Source of the DNA: Octopus sinensis
Lineage: Eukaryota
Assembly (NCBI RefSeq): GCF_006345805.1
Contig: NC_043004.1
Coordinates: 11,036,001 to 11,100,000, forward strand
Direction: 5' to 3'
DNA: 64,000 nucleotides
In this document: positions 27,370 to 40,082 of the stretch, piece by piece
How the letters are laid out: each line of letters begins with the position of its first letter
Position numbering within the stretch: the stretch's first letter is position 1
Program-made: the position numbers and the translations under genes
Notes under the pieces: model-generated
The model's database searches: none
Told to the model about the DNA's origin: nothing
What the model saw: the letters and a program-made list of their open reading frames with translations, nothing else

Positions 27370-27737
27370 ATATATATATAAACGGCAGTGTTGTCTGTGT
27401 GTGTTCTGTGTGTCTGTTAGGTTGTACCCTCACCCGGACCACGGCTTTCAACCGATTCTGATGATGAAAACTTGACACAACACATAGCCCAATGTCATAA
27501 TTCAAAACTAACGCAGCGAAAATTTTGAAAAGTTCCCCAGTTCTGAAAAATCGATAAACCGACATGGGTCGAGAATCAGAAACACAAACCACAGACTGTC
27601 TAGGGGACGCAACTCCACCTTTTTAACTCACAAAAAATTTTCCATAATTTTTTTGCTATATTTTGGTTATAACTATCTAAAAATGCTTTATAGTTATTTC
27701 CCTTACAAACCCGAGCAACGCCGGGCGATACTGCTAG
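27370..27737 (+). mobile_element. Non-autonomous Helitron
   Basis: 3' GC-rich hairpin CCCG-agcaacgc-CGGG (27710-27725) followed by CTAG|T at 27734-27738; 5' end lost in (TA)n. Confidence 0.75.
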
Positions 27738-27768
<31 letters not shown>

Positions 27769-27780
27769 ACACGCATACAT

Positions 27781-28147
27781 TTTTTTATGGCTGCCCCCTC
27801 GTTATCGTGTATGGCCATTGCACGAAGCTTAACTGTTACTGGTGCTGTGATCGAATGTGACTTTTTAGCCCAGCTAAAGATCTACAATGCCTTGTACAAA
27901 ATTGGCAACTAAAACCTTTACTGGTAATAGCCGGCTGTAGTTGTAACTGGGCTTCATGTACCTTTGCATGTCGTTTAAGTCCTCCTGCCGAATTACACTC
28001 TCTTCCACATGCCCGACAGATATGATTAGTATGGTGTGTTACACCACCACCAGTGGCCAGATTGTCACTCATCTGTCTCGTTTTATGACTACGAAGATGA
28101 CTCTTGAGTCCAGCTTTAATGAGGCAGGGTCTTGCACAGACATTGCA
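27781..28147 (-). mobile_element. 3' end of an RTE-type LINE: three C2H2 fingers, stop codon, 3' tail
   Basis: CNVCARPCLIKAGLKSHLRSH, CRACGRECNSAGGLKRHAKVH and CQFCTRHCRSLAGLKSHIRSQH fit the CxxCxRxCxSxxGLxSHxRxH finger of RTE ORF C-termini; no TGEKP linkers; short tail then A-run; upstream is (ATAC)n. Confidence 0.7.
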
Positions 28148-28215
28148 TACATACATACATACATACATACATACATGCATATATACATATATATATATAC
28201 ACGCATTTATAAAAG

Positions 28216-28261
<46 letters not shown>

Positions 28262-28439
28262 TACACACACATGTTCAAATCGCCATTCCTACCATTGGAT
28301 CAACCTGAATGTCCCAGAGGTGGATACTCACAGCATACATGAATGTTTAACACACTGGCACACATGCACTTGTATTCAAATTAGACTTTTCGTTTGACCG
28401 AATATTTGCATCACTAACAAGCCTTTATTCAATAGCCAC

Positions 28440-28781
28440 GAAGCCTAAATTAAGTACTAGATTGGTACTTAATTTATCGACTTCGAACTCAGAACGTAAA
28501 AACGGACAAAATGCCATTTAGTATGTTGCTCGGTGTACTAACGATTCTGCCGGCTCGCCGCCTTATTAGAAATGATTCCAAATTGCGGCACAAGGCCAGC
28601 GATATCGTGAAAGGGGGTTAGTCAATTATATCAACCCCTATATTCAACTGGTACTTATCTTATCGACCCCAAAAGGATGAAAGGCAAAGTTGACCGTAGC
28701 AGAATTTTAACTCAGAACGTAAAGACGGACGAAATGCTTTATAGCATCTTTCACAGCGTGCTAACCAGTCTCACCACCTTA
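28440..28781 (-). mobile_element. Two adjacent diverged copies of the aaggcggcgagctggcaga SINE family
   Basis: Heads end at about 28563 and 28780; central gactttgcctttcatcctttcggggtcgataa-type domain. Confidence 0.7.
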
Positions 28782-28844
28782 AGATGCAACGACGCTAATG
28801 ATAAAAATTGGTGCAAATTCATAGTTAATATATATTTCTATATT

Positions 28845-29235
28845 AAAAATGGAAGCACTCCGTCGGTTACGACGATGAGGGTTCCGGTTGATCCGAATCA
28901 ACGGAACAGCCTGCTCGTGAAATTAACGTGTAAGTGGCTGAGCACTCCACAGACACGTGCACCCTTAACGTAGTTCTCGGGGATATTCAGCGTGACATAG
29001 AGAGTGACAAGGCCGGCACCTTGAAATACAGGTACAACAGAAACAGGAAGTAAGAGTGAGAGAAAGTTGTGGTGAAAGAGTACAGCAGGGATCACCACCA
29101 TCCCCTGCCGGAGCCTCGTGGAGCTTTTAGGTGTTTTCGCTCAATAAACACTCACAACGCCCGGTCTGGGAATCGAAACCGCGATCCTATGACCGCGAGT
29201 CCGCTGCCCTAACCACTGGGCCATTGCGCCTCCAC
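28845..29235 (-). mobile_element. OR-like tRNA-derived SINE, full length, with 9-bp TSD
   Basis: tRNA-like head ggcgcaatggcccagtggttagg...ggtttcgattccc; TTCTATATT at 28836-28844 and 29236-29244. Confidence 0.92.
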
Positions 29236-29669
29236 TTCTATATTGCAAAATACACAAATCACTTCAACAAACCCTATGTATTATGTTTCGCTTTCTTTTT
29301 TTCACTGAAATTATTCATTTCAAAATTAGTTAATTTATTATAGTGCCCTTAATACGCACAAAATAGATCGTTATGCAACTATTTAAAAAAACAGAATCAT
29401 AGAAAACATGTATTTAAGCTTAATTTTAAACACTGAACAAATTGGGGTGCCAGATACGTAAAAGCCTTTATCTTCTCGATTAAGTGTTTGATTATTGGAT
29501 ATTGGCAGCATGGAACAATACATCCAGCAGAATGGCATGAGCTGACTCGAAGCGAAAGGCGAGGATATGTATATACCTATCTGTATGTATATGTATGCAT
29601 GTAAATATATATATATATATATGCAAATATGTATGCATATATATGTATATATGATATGTATATAGACAT

Positions 29670-29717
<48 letters not shown>

Positions 29718-29734
29718 TATATATATCTGTATAT

Positions 29735-29779
<45 letters not shown>

Positions 29780-30552
29780 ATGTGTATATATATGTATATA
29801 TACACATCCATCCACACACAATTATGCATATATACATAAATATATACGGGTGTGTGTGTATGTATGTATGTTTGAGCGAACGTGTGTATTTATGCGTGTG
29901 TGTGTGTGTTTGTGTGTGTGTGTGTATGTATAATTATATGAATCACTGTAAGTATACGTAATTCTATGTGGTCGTATGTTGCTACATTTAAGTGCATATG
30001 GTTATGAAACAAAATATAATACCAAAAAATCCTTTTTATGTTTCGACTATTCTCTTAGTGACAAAATTGTAACTTGATTCTAAGTATGTTCTCAAGAGAT
30101 TGAACACTATGGAAAATGTACACGAAAAACATTCAAACACGAAATTAATAGCAATTCGCACCACAGTTTACCGTCAGCCTATTTGGTTTTTAGCTTTCAG
30201 ATATGTATATAGAGAGTACATTCACACGATATATACATGCACACCCACAGTGTTATATATCCATTGTAGCCGATCTTGCCAACCAGTTTCTCACTAGGGT
30301 TTCAACGAGATATTAGGCAACAGTCCGATTATGTGATTCTTCGTTGTTCAGAGGTGAAAATTATGAAAGAAAATGTGGCGACAGCTCTCCATAGTTGAAG
30401 AGACAAATCCTTTTTTAGGTTGTTGTCAAAATAAGTGAGGATATTCCAGGTGTATCACTGCACACATTCCTACAAGTATTATCCCCTAAAGCATACAAAT
30501 GTTTCCCATACACATATTTCCATAATTATATATACATACATACATACATATA

Positions 30553-30607
<55 letters not shown>

Positions 30608-30777
30608 TATATACATATACATATATATGTATGTATGTATATGTATATGTATACACATATTGTTATGTATGTTTGTTGTGTGTATATAAATATATATATA
30701 GTATGTATATATATATAGATATTTATATATATATGTATGTATATATATATTATATATATATGTATGTATTGTATGTA

Positions 30778-30825
<48 letters not shown>

Positions 30826-30845
30826 ATATATAATGGTTGTGTTGT

Positions 30846-31875
30846 GTGAATTATGGAAAGCTATAACACAAACTCAACAAAATGGAGAAGAGAAGATGTT
30901 GAACTTTAAGTGAAATGTAATTCATGCATTCGATCGTTTCAAACAGCGATATTAAAATCATGCAAATGTATGGCTGAATAGAAATAATTAAATTAATTGA
31001 ATTAAATTAAAAGTATTATATATATCACTGTTATCCTCAGTGCAAGAAGTATAAGCAAAATATTATTACAAAGAACTTGAACGTTCTTTTTAATATTTAT
31101 AACCACAGCAATATTTACTATCTAAATCTGTAATATTAACAACTAATTTCCTGTTGCTTTATTTGTTTAGATTATATTTAATACACACAAACGAATATTA
31201 GTTCTTCCACTAACACAACTCAATTTTACGGAGCTCTTTAAGAATTTCTATCCCTTGATACTGGTTTACGTTTCAACTAGCAGCCATCTATATACTACAT
31301 CCTCTAGTTTAACTTCATTCACATGTACATTTTTTTAAAAATACACACACACCTAGTATTGTTTATAACTATCAGGTCATACCCTAATTCAAACATAACT
31401 ATACTTTTCCATTGGACATTTCTATAAAACATATTTACATAAAACATATTTACATACATGACTTATTTGGAGTTAGAATTACGTAGGGAAGTCTCATAAG
31501 ACATCTTTCACTTATATTTTCAAATAACCATTAGCTGCCTTTGTTTTAGTTTATACCTAATTAGACTCACGTTCGTTATTATGATGCTCGTATTTCTCAC
31601 AATGATAAATATGCACATCCGAAATCATTCGTTACTATTTCCCTTATCAAGTCCTTTGTAATAATTTTTTATTTATACTTCTTGCACTGAGGAAACAGTG
31701 ATATCTGATTAATTTAATTTATTATTTCTATTCAACCATGAATTTGCATGATTTTAATATCGCTGTTTGAAACGATCGTATGCATGAATTAAAATTCTAT
31801 TAAATTCTAACATTTTCTCTTCTCCATTTTTAACAAATTTGTTGAGTTTTATGGCATACGTTTCCATAAATTCAC
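30846..31875. mobile_element. Element with ~230-bp inverted repeats
   Basis: 30846-31080 is the diverged reverse complement of 31647-31875, around an AT-rich 566-bp spacer. Confidence 0.75.
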
Positions 31876-32054
31876 GTAACGCACCATATACACGTATTAT
31901 TTTCATATTCGCAAACTTACTCCAGTAAGCTCCCGGCAAAACCTGAAGAATCTGTTTTAGAAATCGTTTTTGGAATCATCAAATTAAAGGACGAAGTATA
32001 ATTCAACGTTTTTACACCCACACACACACGTGTGTATGTGTGCGTGTATTATCT

Positions 32055-32200
32055 AGGTAGGTAGACAGGTAGACAGGTAGAGAGGTAGGTAGGTAGGTAT
32101 TTAGGTAGGTAAGTAGGTAGGTATGTATGTAGGTAGGTAGGTAGGAAGGTAGGTAGGTAGAGAGGTAGGAAGGTAGGTAGGTAGGTTGGTAGATAGGTAT
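32055..32200. repeat. (TAGG)n-type microsatellite
   Basis: Read directly. Confidence 0.9.
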
Positions 32201-32579
32201 ACAGAGACAACTGCATTCGGAAGCCTGTGTCTCTAAAACCATATCTTATCTCGGAATCCCGCAATGGCAAGTGAATTTTCCTTCCGATTTTCATATTATA
32301 AAGTGAGAAGGGCTTCCGACACATTATTGTTACAATTTTATTTTGTTTTGAAATAAGCAAATACATAAAACATGCAACATGATATCATCTATGCATGAAT
32401 ATAACAATTTCTAAATGTATACTGCACAATATGTATGCATAAAATTATTTGAAGAGAAATACATTAGAGATTTTAAAAGGATCGTAATATCGTAATGTGG
32501 TAATATTGTAGGTTTATAACTCAATATATATTGAGAACTGTGTGAGGAGTAGTGATGAAATGAAAGTTACTGGGAGGGT

Positions 32580-33240
32580 GTACGGTACTCTCTTCTATCA
32601 TATAGTTCATCATAACATCTCTTCACCAGGCAAAAAACTTATCCAAAATTGTTTGATGTTATGGTGCATTATCTCTTTATGAAGTTTAGGGTAGAAACTG
32701 AGCTGAGTGTACAATTCCTCTTGTAATATTTATGTTATGTTCAGGAATATATGACCAGTCAGCAAAATCTGGTACACCTTCTTTCGTTGTCAATCCTTAA
32801 AAAATATCCTTTGCAGTTAATTTATATAGGTATTTCCGTATTTTCATTTATATTATCAAATGACTTCTTGTAACAGCATCATTTCTTCGTTGAATAAACC
32901 TTCATTGTGGGACACAAGTTACTCAACTACATCGTTCTCTATGAATTCCTCAAAGCCTACTCTTTTGTTAATGTCATAATATCATACTAAAGATGGTGGA
33001 AGAAAATGGAACGCTCCGGCCATATACGATCCCAAGCAATGCCATGTCGGAACTATTTAATCCTCTACACCATTTATGATGAGCTTTTATTAAGTCTTTA
33101 TCTGTAGGTTTATCCTTCCTCCCAATTGCGTTTATGAGTGTTTTTCTTTTAAGTTCTCAGATAATTTCGTTTTTGGATTTGGTCTTATATAAGTTCGTGT
33201 GTTGAAGCATATTCTGTTGTGTCTGGGGAGAGTCATTCTC
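32580..33240 (-). pseudogene. pogo/Tigger-type transposase C-terminal remnant
   Basis: AWDRIWPE and GFEEFIENDVVE*LVSHNEGLFNEEMMLL match the acidic tail (GF..v.eeDVeELL.sH.eeLtnEEL) of Tigger transposases. Confidence 0.6.
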
Positions 33241-33360
33241 TTTTAGTGCCTTATTATTTAACACACTCACCGGTAAAATTTCCACTTATTTCTTATTTTT
33301 ATTTTCTAAAATTTTCTCAGATAATATTCCTTCAATTTAGCTCTCACACTTTCATCTATT

Positions 33361-33502
33361 GGCTGGTAATTATTTTATTGACCCCGAAAAGATAAAACGC
33401 AAAGTAGACTTCAGTGGTATTTGAACTCAGGAAGTAGAGCCAGAAGAAATGTCGCTAAGCATTTTGTCCTGCGTGGTAACGGTTCTGCCACCTCACCGCC
33501 TT
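33361..33502 (-). mobile_element. Diverged aaggcggcgagctggcaga-family SINE
   Basis: ttgaccccgaaaagataaaacgcaaagtagac...ttctgccacctcaccgcctt. Confidence 0.7.
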
Positions 33503-34483
33503 AATGATGGTAATGGTAATGATAATTGTTATTATCATTATTGTTGTTGCTGATACTACATAGATACATATGTGATTGTGTGTGTGTGTGTACATGCGTA
33601 CGCAGTTGAGTGTTTGGAAGTGTTTGGGTGTGCGCATACACATGAATGTTTCATTGAGCCATCGTATCTGATAATCTGTACGTCTAATTATCTTTACGGA
33701 GCGCATGTCCATATGCGTGTATGTGTGCGAGGTACATGGGTGGCTATGTGAGTGTGTAACATTATACTAAATGTATTTGATATGCGTCTTGGATGTAATT
33801 AACTGAATATGAAAAAAATAACACCTAGTCTACAGCTTAGAATTCCCCCTGAGAATTACCTTTGAGGCACAGGAATGTTGCAGTGCGCGTTATATTCTTG
33901 TAAACAGAGCGATCAGCACTTTTAAACGATAGGAAACGAAATACAAAAATAGAAAAAAAAAAAGAAAAGGAAAAAGAAATCGAAAAATAATGAGATTAAT
34001 GCAAGTCGGTATGATGAACAAATCAGTACACCATTCGAAAATTCATACTGTAAAAATAAGAATAATTAAGATAATTTGTAGTAATGAATTTGATAAAGTA
34101 CTTAATAGTACAGGCGTTGATCAAATTATGTGTTATAACCATGTTAATAAATAAAGTAAAATATATCAACAGGTTCTATAAACGAAAATCACTTTTGTAT
34201 ATATTTTTATGATAAATCAAGCTTAGTGCAACCTAAAAGATTTAGCATGTTTTTTTTAAAGAATATATTTATATCTTAGTCATACGTGGAAGGATAATGT
34301 CAATGTTATTTTACAGGAGAGCCGAGGTTATTACTGGTTTTATTGTTTCACTATTTTATGTTATCCTGTTGGTGAATCGCTGCCAAGCTGGAGTACCACC
34401 TTGAAGAATTAGTACATAAATGAACAACACTACATATTTTGAAGACTGGTATTTCTCCAGTACATATTTTAAGACTGGTATTT

Positions 34484-34710
34484 AAGGCGGCGAGCTGGCA
34501 GAAACGTTAGCACGCCGGCGAAATGTTTAGCGATATTTCGTCTGCCGTTACGTTCTGAGTTCAAATTCCGCCGAGATCGACTTTGCCTTTCATCCTTTCG
34601 GGGTCGATAAATTAAGTACCAGTTACGCCCTGGGGTCGATGTAATCGACTTGATCTGCTTGTTTGTCCCCTGTGTGTTTAGCCCCTTGTGGGTAGTAAAG
34701 AAATAGGTAT
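34484..34710 (+). mobile_element. aaggcggcgagctggcaga-family tRNA-derived SINE, full length
   Basis: A-box-like gagctggcagaa, B-box-like gagttcaaattcc, central domain and tail gtagtaaagaaatagg. Confidence 0.88.
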
Positions 34711-34882
34711 TTCTCCAAATGGAGGAGTAAAAAAAAAAAACCAACAGCTCTGGTTCAAAACCAGAGGGAGGAGAAGCACAAAGGCGAATATGTATCCATC
34801 CATCCATCCATACATCCATACATACATACGCACATATATGTAGAAGGATAAATACACACACACACATACACATATATACGTA

Positions 34883-36149
34883 TTGGGTCATCCCATAAGT
34901 AATGCGAGTATTTTATACTTTTATTTTTCATAATGAAGCAAAGTTCTTTTTTAACCTAATATATATTCTCCTTCATTTTCTACAATGCTCTTCTATTTAT
35001 CTGTAAGGCCCTTCTTCCAAAATTCACTTGTCCGTGACGAAAAATGCTCCTCCAGTACTGTTCTGACCTCGTCTACAGAATTCATATCTTTTCCATCCAA
35101 ATAACTTTGAAGACTGCAGAATAAATGATAATCAGTTGGGGCAATGTCAGGTGAATGTGGTGGGTGGGGCATCGTTTCCCATTCCAACTGCTCCAGCGTT
35201 TGGAATGTCATCCTCGCTGTATGTAGCCGAGCATTATCCTGATGGAAGAACACCTTTCGTCTTGAAACAAAAGATGGTCGTTTTCCTTCTATCGCTGACT
35301 TAAGCCGCTCGAGCAGCTCGCAGTAAACGTCCGTTGTTATCGTTTGGATTGAGATTAAATGTTCAAAGTGAACTAAACCTTTCATATCCCACCAAACGCA
35401 TATCAGCACCTTCTGTTGGTGAAGACTTTCTTTAGCCTGGAGTGCCAGTGTTTCTTCTTTCCGTACCCACTGTCTTCAGCGCTTGCCATTTTTATAGAGA
35501 ACCCATTTCTCGTGACCAGTCACTATTCGGTTTAAAAAATGCTTCATTTGTGAGACGTGATTGCATAGAAGACCACACATTCACATTCTGCGCGCGTAAT
35601 TAGACTCGGAAAGTTTGTGAGGAACCCACTGACCAAATTTGTTGACTTATACTGTGACACGCAGGGATCGATGAATAGTTGAATGACCAAATCCAAATTT
35701 CCCTGTTAGTTCTTCAAAAGTTACAATGGGATTTTGTTCCAACAGGATTTGCAAAACGTCCTCGTCAAACTGTATAGATCTTCCTGGACGAAGCTTGTCT
35801 AGGTTGTAGTTTCCCTCTCGGAATTTATGAAACCACCATTGACTCTGGCTAACGGCTATTATCTGATGCCCATATACTGCATTAATAATCCTCGCACTTT
35901 CCGTTGCGTTATTGCCTTTATTAAACTCATACAGCAAAATATGCCGAATATGCTCTTTTGTCACTTCCATTATAGGTGTGAAAATATTACTGCTAAAATC
36001 AAACTGCACTCATCAAAATTTTGCACTAAGAGTAAGTACAAGGTAAAATCACTACCTGATTTTATAGCAAGTTGATGCAGGTAGTTTATCTCGTACGCAT
36101 CCGACACCAGTTCATGCGGTTGAAAAAACTGCCCTATTTATGGGATGAC

Positions 36150-36153
<4 letters not shown>
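34883..36153 (-). mobile_element. mariner (DD34D) DNA transposon, full length, inactive
   Basis: TIRs TTGGGTCATCCCATAA.TA at both ends, TA flanks; transposase HIRHILLYEF, WVPHKL, IVTGHEKWVLY, HQDNARLH, HSPDIAPTDYHLF with several stops and frameshifts. Confidence 0.95.
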
Positions 36154-36209
<56 letters not shown>

Positions 36210-36873
36210 ATACATATATATATATATGTATATATATACTAACATATATATATATGCGCAAACACATATATTCATGTGCACATACATACACAAGCAAGCA
36301 CATGTCTGTATCTATCTATCTATATGTATATATGTGTGTGTGTGTGTGAATGTGTGTGTTTAAGGGTAGTTAGATAGATATTTATCTACATACATGACAT
36401 TTATGGATATACATACTTATCTGTATACGCATGCATTCATACATATACACACACTCATGCGCAGAACTCACATATCCACTCTACCATTTCCCATCATAGA
36501 ACGGATGCATGATTCTTATTACATCAGACTCTTTAAAAGTTGAGGCCCTGTAATTTCCTAGTCTCCATCGTTTCCGCTTTCATGCGAGAAAACGTGTGGT
36601 GATAGAGTTTCCGATGACCAGCACTTTTTGAGCATCAAATTCAGATTTTAATGCTAACTGCAACAAGAGCGATGCACTGTTTTTCTGCCATGAGGTGTAT
36701 TTCAAGGCACCAAATGACATGGACTGCAAAGTCCTCATTATAAAGGAGACACGAAGCCATGCTTTCTTTTCATTTGTGTTATATAAATATAGTTAGTACA
36801 CAGTCATGTAAACACGCAGATTCTAAGACATGGCTAGCATAAATTCTGCGTGCACCTCCTGTACGTTCTTATA

Positions 36874-36917
<44 letters not shown>

Positions 36918-36923
36918 TCTTAA

Positions 36924-36957
<34 letters not shown>

Positions 36958-36991
36958 ATGTGTGTGTGTGCATATATATATACACACACAC

Positions 36992-37027
<36 letters not shown>

Positions 37028-37183
37028 CTTTATATATATATACATATATATACATACATATGCATGTATATATGTATGCATTGTATGTATGTCTGTCTGT
37101 CTGTCTGTATGTATGTATGTATGACTGTATGTTATGTATCTATGAATGTATACGTATTAGTATATGCAAAGCACATACACTCG

Positions 37184-37243
<60 letters not shown>

Positions 37244-37914
37244 AAGAGAGACAGAAAGAAGAGCGGGTGAGAGACAGAAATACTTAATGTATATATATCT
37301 ACACACATATATATACATACACACACATGCACGCAGCACACACACACACATATGAATATACTCGCTTACAGGCATACATGTACCGCAATATATACACGCA
37401 TATAGGAAGCCTATAAATTTCTATGTTGCAGATGTCACTTCATATCTGTTCATGCCCAATAGTTTTGTTGCTTTATTTTTATTTATTTAATTTTTTTTCT
37501 TTCTGTAATATAATTTAGTCGCAATTGAGTCGAAGAACAAGGCAGCAGCATCTGTTCGACTGCAGTGTTCTATGCTGATGTTTTGCTTGAACGTTCTGAT
37601 AAGCTTGATATATTGTATTTATGATAAATTAGAGATTCGGTGATACGATGGACGCATGCGCGTGTGTATGAGAGAATGATTGTGTATGTGTGTGTATATG
37701 TGACAGGAATAAATAAACTTTCGTATCTTTTGTGGATGTGCGGCTCTATTTTGGTATGAAATAAAACTGGACAATTTGTGATAACAAGATGAACTAATCA
37801 TAAAGTTGAAATATAGGAATACAGTATGTATGTACACACAAACGCATATAAATGCAAGTAAAGATTTGAAATCATACGTATGTACTAATATGTATATACA
37901 CACAGACATCAGTC

Positions 37915-37946
37915 TATCTATCTATCCATGTATCTATCCATCCATA

Positions 37947-37992
<46 letters not shown>

Positions 37993-38025
37993 ATCTATCT
38001 ATCTATCTGTCTATCACTCAATCTG

Positions 38026-38063
<38 letters not shown>

Positions 38064-38097
38064 CATTTATCTATCTACCTATCTATCTATCTATATC

Positions 38098-38100
<3 letters not shown>
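37915..38100. repeat. (TCTA)n microsatellite
   Basis: Read directly. Confidence 0.9.
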
Positions 38101-38147
<47 letters not shown>

Positions 38148-38274
38148 TGTACGTACATATATATAAATGTATGTATATATATATGTGTGTATATATATAA
38201 GTATATACGTATCTATATATAGATATGCACACAAGTATATATGTTTATATAGATATATAAATGTATATGTATAT

Positions 38275-38652
38275 TCTTTTATTATTTTATTTGTTTCAGT
38301 CATTTGACTGCGGCCATGCTGGAGCATCACATTTAGTCGAGCAAATCGATCTCAGGACGTATTCTTTGTAAGCCTTGTACTTATTTTATCGGTTTCTTTT
38401 GCCGAAGCATTAATTTACAGGAACGTAAACACACCAACATTGGTTGTCAAGCGATGGCAGGGATAAAAACACACGTACATAAAAACATACACACAAACAT
38501 GTACCACGGGCTTGTTTCAGTTTCCGTCTACCAGATCCACTCACAAGGTTTTAGTCTGCCCGAGGCTATAGTAGAAGACAATTGCCCAAGATGCCACGCA
38601 GTGACACTGAACCCGGAACCATGTGGTTGGTAAGCAAACTACTTACCACACA
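38275..38652 (-). mobile_element. OK-like SINE, diverged
   Basis: Tail, short internal CA tract and head to gctacttaccacac-like sequence. Confidence 0.85.
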
Positions 38653-38956
38653 ACCTGAGTGTATATGTAAAAGTGCGTGCATATGTGTGCCAGCATAGTG
38701 GAAAGCAGAGGTAGTGAAGAAACTTAAGAAGCATATAGAAAACTAGATATGGAAAAAGATAGCGTTACCCTGTAACTGATGAAGTAGGGGACGGTCTAAT
38801 AGAAGCGGACAGTGAGGGTAAAGTGAACAAGACAAATGTCAACCTGCACCACCTTATAATTAGTTCCATAGGTCTCTCAATCCACAGGCGACCTACATTA
38901 CCGCATGTTCTTCTTCTCGTTGTTTCACTTGTCCTATATTTCTTAGAAATATACTA

Positions 38957-40082
38957 TCTTTACTCTTTTACTTGTTTCAGTCGTTTGACTGTGGCCCTGC
39001 TGGAGCACCGCCTTTAGTCGAGCAAATCGATCCCAGGACCTATTCTTTGTAAGCCTAGTACTTATTCTATCGGTCTCTTTTGCCGAACCGCTAAGTTATG
39101 GGGACGTAAACACACCAGCATCGGTTGCCAAGCGATGTTGGGGGACAGACACACAAGCATATACACACACACTTTCATATATATATATAAATAAATAAAT
39201 ATATATAAATTTTGAAGAGTGCAGTTTGATTTTAGCAGTAATATTTTCACACCTATAATGGAAGTGACAAAATAGCATATTCGGCATATTTTGCTTTATG
39301 AGTTTAATAAGGGCAATAACGCGACGGAAAGTGCGAGGATTATTAATGCAGTATATGGGCATCAGATAATAGCCGTTAGCCAGAGTCAATGTTTATTTTG
39401 ATTTCTCGTATTGTAATTTAATTCTCGCTTTGTATTTTCTTGTACATGTATCTTTAATTTTTGTATTCTTTTCTTGTATTTTTTTGTGCAGTTCTTTGTT
39501 ACGTCCCTTTTTGTGTTACATTTTTTCTTGCTCGTTTTACCTCTCTAAGAGGTTATTTTATTTTAATTCTCTCGTAGGAAGGCCTTGCATGACCAGACGT
39601 GTCCTGTCTTGCCTTCGAAACACGCTATGTCTGCTAGCGACAGCTGATGAAGGGGATTTTTCCTGGTGCAGCATGTCCTGTACTTCGTTTTTCTGCTGTA
39701 CATCATTGTTTTTCCCGTTTTCGTTTCCGTCTTGTTCCACGTCTCTGTCCTTCTGTTGTAACAAAATGGCTTTTCCGTTTTCGTTTCTGTTGATTTTTAC
39801 GTCTTCTTGTGGTGTCCTGTACGTATATATATTTATGTATGCATGTATATATACATGTAGATGTCGGTACGTACATATATGTTTGTATGTATGCACATAT
39901 TTTATTTATTACACTATATATATTATATACATACATATATACGACGGGCTTCTTTCAGTTTCCGTCTACCAAATCCACTCACAAGGTTTTGGTGGCTATA
40001 GTAGAGGCCCAAGGAGCCACGCAGTGGGTTTGAACCCGGAACCATGTGGTTCGTAAGCAAGCTACTTACTACACATCCACTC
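38957..40082 (-). mobile_element. OK-like SINE split by about 750 bp of inserted sequence
   Basis: Tail half 38957 to about 39175 and head half 39941-40082 are collinear; the insert lies in the internal microsatellite. Confidence 0.8.
39207..39391 (+). mobile_element. 185-bp mariner fragment (5' UTR and start of transposase)
   Basis: Reverse complement of 35837-36021 with 5 substitutions counted by eye. Confidence 0.92.

Noticed and set aside
27836-28270. 144-aa ORF as a host C2H2 zinc-finger gene
   Set aside because: The N-terminal 40 aa are microsatellite, there are no TGEKP linkers, the fingers have the RTE signature, and the 3' tail is shared with another retroposon. Kept as a LINE remnant.
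29160-29235. tRNA gene (also at 4802, 8787, 13880, 58441)
   Set aside because: A and B boxes are present, but each continues into a shared SINE body and lacks a complete acceptor stem and T-run terminator.
34441-34717. GGTATTTCTCCA at 34448 and 34706 as a SINE TSD
   Set aside because: The left copy is about 25 bp from the SINE start and overlaps a local aagactggtattt duplication, and GGTATTT is also the family's own tail, so the TSD is ambiguous.
36570-36690. Minus-frame KVLVIGNSITTRF resembling an SGNH/GDS esterase motif
   Set aside because: A single short motif lacking the catalytic Asp, bounded by a nearby stop, with no further family motifs.
39610-39660. Permuted hammerhead CCTTC-GAAACA..TGTC..CTGATGA-AGG
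   Set aside because: Both half-cores and a GUC are present, but stem I cannot close on C3 without a bulge and stem II needs two wobbles; not supportable from this copy.
39430-40056. 208-aa ORF
   Set aside because: It runs across T-rich filler, a repeat fragment, a microsatellite and a SINE head; chance read-through.
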